Source: an uncultured Bacteroidales bacterium
GTDB lineage: Bacteria > Bacteroidota > Bacteroidia > Bacteroidales > UBA932
Length of the DNA stretch: 64,000 nt
Direction of reading: 5' to 3'
NCBI GenBank assembly: GCA_946999645.1
Contig: CAMQDS010000006.1
Coordinates: 21,883-85,882 of the forward strand
Part shown: positions 59,349 to 64,000 of the stretch, piece by piece
How positions within the stretch are numbered: position 1 is the stretch's first letter
Layout: each line of letters begins with the position of its first letter
Translations under genes and position numbers: made by a program
Notes under the pieces: model-generated
Database searches by the model: none
What the model was told of the DNA's origin: nothing
The model's input: the letters and a program-made list of their open reading frames with translations, nothing else

Positions 59349-59819
59349 ATGGCAGATGTTCATTATATGACCCAAGATGGTCTTGATAAACTTAAGAAGG
59401 ATTTGTCTGATGCATTGGCACAGAGACCGGTAATATCCGCGGCTATTGGTGAGGCAAGAGAAAAGGGAGACTTGTCAGAAAATGCAGAATATGATGCTGC
59501 ACGTGAAGCACAGGCTCTTTTGGAACTTAAGATAGCTAAATTGAAGGATTTAGTGGCTAATGCAAAGGTTATAGATGAATCTCAGATCGGTACTGACAAA
59601 GTCAGTATTATGAATAAGGTTAAAATTCAAAATATTGCTAATAAGCAGATTATGGAATTTATCATTGTCGGAGAAACCGAAGCTGATTTCGCACATGGTA
59701 AGTTGGCTGCCACCACTCCTATAGGTAAAGCCCTGATGGGACATGCCAAAGGAGATATAGTAGACGCTCATGTTCCTTCAGGAGTAATTAAGTTTAAAAT
59801 ACTTGATATCAGTTTATAG
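59349..59819 (+). CDS. greA: Transcription elongation factor GreA
   Basis: N-terminal coiled-coil with the acidic tip ...GDLSENAEYDAAREAQ and a C-terminal FKBP-like domain. 156 aa. Confidence 0.85.
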   Translation: MADVHYMTQDGLDKLKKDLSDALAQRPVISAAIGEAREKGDLSENAEYDAAREAQALLELKIAKLKDLVANAKVIDESQIGTDKVSIMNKVKIQNIANKQIMEFIIVGETEADFAHGKLAATTPIGKALMGHAKGDIVDAHVPSGVIKFKILDISL

Positions 59820-59823
59820 TATT

Positions 59824-60228
59824 ATGGCAACGATATTTACAAAAATAGCAAGGGGGGAGATTCCATCATACAAGGTGGCAGAAAATGAAAATTTTTATGC
59901 TTTTCTTGATATAAGTCCTGTAGCATTAGGTCATACTCTTGTAATTCCTAAGAATGTTGAGGATGACTATATCTTCCATTTAGATGATAAAACTTATACG
60001 GAACTTTGGGCTTTTGCCAAGAAAGTTGCAACTGCTATCAAAGCTGCTATCCCTTGTAAAAGAGTAGGAGTAGCTGTTCTAGGATTGGAAGTTCCACATA
60101 CTCACATTCATTTAATTCCTTTACAAAGTGAAGGTGATATGGATTTCAAAAAAGAGCATCTGTCTCCTTCTAAGGAAGAGTTTATTTCTATAGCAACTTT
60201 AATTAACAGTGAATATGAGAAACTTTAG
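59824..60228 (+). CDS. HIT-family (histidine triad) protein
   Basis: Histidine triad HTHIHLIP. N-terminus MATIFTKIARGEIPS. The start is chosen at the internal Met; the ORF is open from 59803. Confidence 0.8.
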   Translation: MATIFTKIARGEIPSYKVAENENFYAFLDISPVALGHTLVIPKNVEDDYIFHLDDKTYTELWAFAKKVATAIKAAIPCKRVGVAVLGLEVPHTHIHLIPLQSEGDMDFKKEHLSPSKEEFISIATLINSEYEKL

Positions 60229-61354
60229 GCTGCTTGTTTTTATTTTAGTTATAGCATGTTTTCAAGCTTGTTCAGGTACTCGCATAAAAGGAATTCTTAA
60301 CGGTGCTCCTGAGTCAGAGTTGATAATTAAAGCTCTTGATGTAAATAAGTATATTACTTTGGATACAATTAAAACATCTGCAAAGGGGAGTTATTCTTAT
60401 AAAGCAGATATACCAAAAGGACAGCCTGAGTTTATATATTTATTTTATAAAAATACGAGAGTGGCTTCTCTTATTGTAGAAAGAGGAGACAAACTGAAAG
60501 TAATTTCTGATACGTTAGGCAACTATTCTGTAACAGGTTCTCCAGAAACCAATAAACTAATCGAAGTTGAACGTGATGAGGCGGAATTTTTAAATAAGTT
60601 TGCGTCATTAAATGCCAAAATCGAGGATTTGCCTGAGAACTCAGAAGAATCGATAGCCTTGCGTAGGGAAGCTGCAAAAAATTATATTTCCTATTATAGA
60701 AGTAGGGTTCGGTATATAATGAAAAATCCTTATTCGCTTACTATAATCCCGGTATTGTATCAAACAGTAGGTTCTGTTCCAGTTTTTGGACAGATTACAG
60801 ATGCAATACATTTTAGAAATGCGTCTGATTCTCTAAAAACAGTATATCCTAATTCTAAGTATGTCAAGGCATTATCTGAAGAAGCAGACAGGAGATCCAA
60901 TCTTCTTCGTTTGAGTTCAAAAATTGAAACGGCAAAGGAATCTGCTTTTCCTGATATAGAACTTCCTGATATTTCTGGTAAAAAGGTAAAACTGAGTTCG
61001 TTAAAATCAAAAATGGTAATGCTATATTTTTGGGCAGCTGCTTCTTCAGGACAGAATATGTTTAATTTCAATGTGCTAAAGCCTTTGTACAACAATTATA
61101 GCAGTAAAGGTTTTGAAATATATGCCGTGTCTTTGGATACAGATAAAACAGCTTGGGCTAATATTGTCAGAAATCAGAATTTGCCATGGGTCAATGTTTG
61201 CGATGGCTTAGGTGTAAATTCCACAGCTGTAAGTCTTTACAATGTGTCTAAAGTGCCGATGGTCTATTTTATTAAAGACGGAGAACTTCTCCCCGATGTA
61301 GGTGTCAGGGATGAAAAATCTCTCGTTAAATATATCGAATCAGCCCTAAAATAA
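60209..61354 (+). CDS. TlpA/thioredoxin-fold lipoprotein with degenerate active site (DUF4369-like N-terminal domain)
   Basis: Lipobox FQACSG. The C-terminal thioredoxin-like region FPDIELPDISGKKVKLSSLKSKMVMLYFWAAASSGQ aligns to the TlpA WASWCGPC motif, but both cysteines are replaced. Confidence 0.6.
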   Translation: MNMRNFRLLVFILVIACFQACSGTRIKGILNGAPESELIIKALDVNKYITLDTIKTSAKGSYSYKADIPKGQPEFIYLFYKNTRVASLIVERGDKLKVISDTLGNYSVTGSPETNKLIEVERDEAEFLNKFASLNAKIEDLPENSEESIALRREAAKNYISYYRSRVRYIMKNPYSLTIIPVLYQTVGSVPVFGQITDAIHFRNASDSLKTVYPNSKYVKALSEEADRRSNLLRLSSKIETAKESAFPDIELPDISGKKVKLSSLKSKMVMLYFWAAASSGQNMFNFNVLKPLYNNYSSKGFEIYAVSLDTDKTAWANIVRNQNLPWVNVCDGLGVNSTAVSLYNVSKVPMVYFIKDGELLPDVGVRDEKSLVKYIESALK

Positions 61355-62035
61355 TTTCTTTTTACTGACTGTTGTGATAAATTCTTTCAGATAGAAAGGT
61401 TCGAAATACGCTACATCGCGGAAATTTTTATCCTGGTACTCTTTCAGTGCCGGGTTTTTCATTGAGGAAGCATCTGGGCTGCACTGTACAAATTGTGCGT
61501 TGGGAGACTTTATTACGTTTTTGCACTTCTGTGCTCCATCACCTATGAAAAGTACTTTGCCTTCTGATAATTCTTTTTGAAAACTATTTTCATCTATTAT
61601 CATAGGTGTGATTTCAGTAAGGCGTTTTCTCTCCGTATCAAATACCGTGGTATAGACTTCCATTCTACGTGCATCTACCATTGGTACGATGTATTTAAAG
61701 TCTGCTCCTACCAAGCCTTTATCGATGGCTCCAGCTGCAAGAATTTCGAGCGAACTGACTGCTAATAGAGGAATGCCTGCTCCAAAACATAGGCCTTTTG
61801 CTGTTGATACACCTACCCTCAGCCCTGTATATGAACCCGGTCCCATGCTTACACATACTGCATTACAGTCCTTTACTTTGAGTCCGTGTTCTTCAAGCAT
61901 CTCTTTTATGAAAGGTGCTGTCAGTGAAGAATGTTCCCTATTGGCGTTTTCTCTATATGATATTATCTTTCCGTCCTCTAATAATGCTGTAGAGCAAAGG
62001 GCGGTGGAGGTCTCGATAAGAATTATTCTATCCAT
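61346..62035 (-). CDS. tsaB: tRNA threonylcarbamoyladenosine biosynthesis protein TsaB (YeaZ)
   Basis: MDRIILIETSTALCSTALLEDGKII N-terminus typical of TsaB. 229 aa. Confidence 0.75.
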   Translation of the reverse strand: MDRIILIETSTALCSTALLEDGKIISYRENANREHSSLTAPFIKEMLEEHGLKVKDCNAVCVSMGPGSYTGLRVGVSTAKGLCFGAGIPLLAVSSLEILAAGAIDKGLVGADFKYIVPMVDARRMEVYTTVFDTERKRLTEITPMIIDENSFQKELSEGKVLFIGDGAQKCKNVIKSPNAQFVQCSPDASSMKNPALKEYQDKNFRDVAYFEPFYLKEFITTVSKKKLF

Positions 62036-62056
62036 TTTATTTATTAATTATATCTC

Positions 62057-62548
62057 TTATATAGTTAGAAACTTTTTGAAATATGGAAATATCGTAATAG
62101 CAATCCTATTTAGCGGCTGATACAATACAGAGTTATTCAATACTTCATTATCTACTATATGAAAATTTATATTTACCGAATTAAAAATAATTATCATAAA
62201 ACATAATAAAACCAAGGCTTTAATCCCGGAAAATATAATGCCAAGAATAGTATTTAGCCATCCTAACATGATAATTTTTACTACTGATGTCAAGAATTGT
62301 CCGATAGCCTTAAGCCCGATAGTTACTGTTACCATTATAAGAACTAATGAAATTATATATAAGATGATAAGAGAACTATCGATGTATTTTCCTATAAATG
62401 TACATAAAAGATTAGAGAATCGGAATGCTATCCAAACTCCAAGAATAATAGAAATCAAGTCTGTTATTTGTGCAATAAATCCCTTTGTTATTCCATTAAT
62501 CAAAAAAGGAATAAAACATAGAATTATAATTATATCTATGGTATTCAT
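62057..62548 (-). CDS. cvpA: CvpA-family membrane protein
   Basis: Four hydrophobic helices. N-terminus IDIIIILCFIPFLINGITKGFI resembles CvpA. 163 aa. Confidence 0.6.
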   Translation of the reverse strand: MNTIDIIIILCFIPFLINGITKGFIAQITDLISIILGVWIAFRFSNLLCTFIGKYIDSSLIILYIISLVLIMVTVTIGLKAIGQFLTSVVKIIMLGWLNTILGIIFSGIKALVLLCFMIIIFNSVNINFHIVDNEVLNNSVLYQPLNRIAITIFPYFKKFLTI

Positions 62549-62641
62549 TGCGTTTTGTAAAGAATAGAAAAATGAATTATATTTGCTGACTGTTATTCAA
62601 TGCCATTTAGGTATTTACAGGTGCAAAATTAGGTAAAAAAT

Positions 62642-64000
62642 ATGACATTCAAAGAATATAAGTCAATGGATCTTGTTACTGTAGGAAGTGATATCCTGCA
62701 GCAGTGGAAGAAAGAACATGCCTTCGAGAAATCGCTTGAACTTAGAGAAGGGGCACCGGAATTTATCTTTTTTGAAGGCCCTCCATCAGCAAACGGAATG
62801 CCGGGAATACATCATGTTATGGCCCGTTCTATCAAGGATGCAATCTGTCGGTATAAAACTCAGACAGGTTACAAGGTACGTAGGCGTGCTGGTTGGGATA
62901 CTCATGGTTTACCTGTAGAAATCGGAGTGGAAAAGAAACTTGGAATACGTAAAGAAGATATAGGCAAAACCATATCGGTTGAAGAATATAATGCCACCTG
63001 TCGTAAGGAAGTGATGAAGTATACCCGTGAATGGGTAAATATGACAGAAAGAATAGGTTATTGGGTAGATACTAATGATCCTTATATAACATATGATAAC
63101 AGATATATAGAGACTCTTTGGTATCTGCTTCGTAAGATTTACGACAAAGGTCTTCTCTATAAAGGATATTCAATTCAGCCTTATTCTCCATCTGACGGTA
63201 CAGGTTTGAGTTCTCATGAACTTAATCAGCCAGGGTGTTATAAGGATGTAACAGATACGACTATTACCTGTCAATTTGAAATCATAAAGGACGAAAAATC
63301 ACAGCCTCTTTATGGTTGTGAAACAGTGCCTGTATATTTTCTTGCCTGGACAACAACCCCATGGACTCTTTCTTCAAACACAGCACTTTGTTTAGGTCCG
63401 AATATAGAGTACGTCAGGGTAATGTCATTCAATCCATATACTGGGAGAGAAGCTATTTATGTTGTGGCTAAGCCTCTCGTAGAGACTTGGTTCAATGCAA
63501 AAGCCGCTGAAATTAATTTCGATGATTATAAAAAAGGCGACAAACTCGTCCCATATAAAATTTTAGACGGTGTATTCAAAGGCTCTGAACTGGTTGGGAT
63601 TAGATACAGACAACTTATTCCTTGGTTTAAGCCATTGGAAGATGGGGCTTTCCGTGTTATATCAGGAGATTATGTAACGATTGATGAAGGAACGGGTATT
63701 GTACACATAGCTCCTACTTTTGGTGCAGATGATAAAAAAGTGGCATCAAACTTCGGAGTGCCTCCTATGATGGTAATAGATAAGGACGGTAACCGTCAGG
63801 CATTGGTGGACAAGCAAGGACGCTTCTATCCTATTGAAGCATTGGACAGTGCGTATGTTGCTGCAAATGTATCTCCTGACTATAAGCAATATGCTGGAAG
63901 GTATGTTAAAAATGCTTTTGACGACAGCCTCCCTGCCGATGCTCCTACCTTGGATGTTGATTTGGCTATGATGCTTAAGGAAGAGGGTAAAGCATTTAAA
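62642..64000 (+). CDS. ileS: Isoleucine--tRNA ligase, N-terminal part (the 3' end lies outside the window)
   Basis: The frame is open from the ATG at 62642 to the window end. FFEGPPSANGMPGIHHVMARSIKD (HIGH region), GWDTHGLPVE and an editing-domain start. It is absent from the ORF track, presumably because no stop falls within the window. Confidence 0.85.
   Translation, partial: MTFKEYKSMDLVTVGSDILQQWKKEHAFEKSLELREGAPEFIFFEGPPSANGMPGIHHVMARSIKDAICRYKTQTGYKVRRRAGWDTHGLPVEIGVEKKLGIRKEDIGKTISVEEYNATCRKEVMKYTREWVNMTERIGYWVDTNDPYITYDNRYIETLWYLLRKIYDKGLLYKGYSIQPYSPSDGTGLSSHELNQPGCYKDVTDTTITCQFEIIKDEKSQPLYGCETVPVYFLAWTTTPWTLSSNTALCLGPNIEYVRVMSFNPYTGREAIYVVAKPLVETWFNAKAAEINFDDYKKGDKLVPYKILDGVFKGSELVGIRYRQLIPWFKPLEDGAFRVISGDYVTIDEGTGIVHIAPTFGADDKKVASNFGVPPMMVIDKDGNRQALVDKQGRFYPIEALDSAYVAANVSPDYKQYAGRYVKNAFDDSLPADAPTLDVDLAMMLKEEGKAFK

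Noticed and set aside
59803-59823. Upstream start (MISVYSI...) for the HIT protein
   Set aside because: It would overlap greA by 17 nt. The HIT-family N-terminus normally begins close to the (A)TIFxKIxxGEIP motif, which starts at the Met at 59824.
1-64000. Mobile elements such as IS, integrase, tRNA-adjacent islands or phage genes
   Set aside because: No transposase or integrase-like translation was seen in any frame. The only terminal-repeat-like structure is the 40-bp promoter direct repeat at 36472 and 37257, and that lacks any recombinase.

Overview
This window looks like a chromosomal segment from an AT-rich Bacteroidota (Bacteroidales) genome, probably Prevotella- or Bacteroides-like. 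The evidence is a SusC/SusD pair, lipoprotein signal peptides with lipobox cysteines, Bacteroides-type TAnnTTTG/-33 TTTG promoter elements, a GH57/GT3/GT35 glycogen gene set and absent Shine-Dalgarno spacing. It is densely coding (about 60 CDS) and mostly conserved housekeeping genes: an MFS sugar transporter with a ROK kinase, DUF1015-serC-pyrB-yigZ, miaA, recQ, dnaG, metG, murB, murA, lptB, dnaX, cmk, ispH, efp, rlmH, der, prs, engB, xseAB, ribF, greA, a HIT protein, tsaB, cvpA and partial ileS. There are two accessory-type islands. The first is a Sus-like outer-membrane uptake locus at 9.5-17.8 kb (SusC, SusD and three lipoproteins, with no CAZyme and no regulator). The second is a glycogen metabolism locus at 47.2-57.9 kb that ends in one 1413-aa ORF fusing a GT3-type glycogen synthase to a GT35 alpha-glucan phosphorylase. 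Other points of interest: a roughly 785-bp lipoprotein cassette flanked by two copies of a 40-bp promoter-bearing direct repeat between ispH and efp; a sigma-54 activator lacking a DNA-binding domain; a 1189-aa sensor kinase with about ten membrane helices; a TlpA-like lipoprotein whose CXXC is replaced; and an in-frame 18-nt tandem repeat in dnaX. By eye I found no rRNA, tRNA, CRISPR array, transposase or integrase. All domain names are from reading motifs in the translations, not from database searches.
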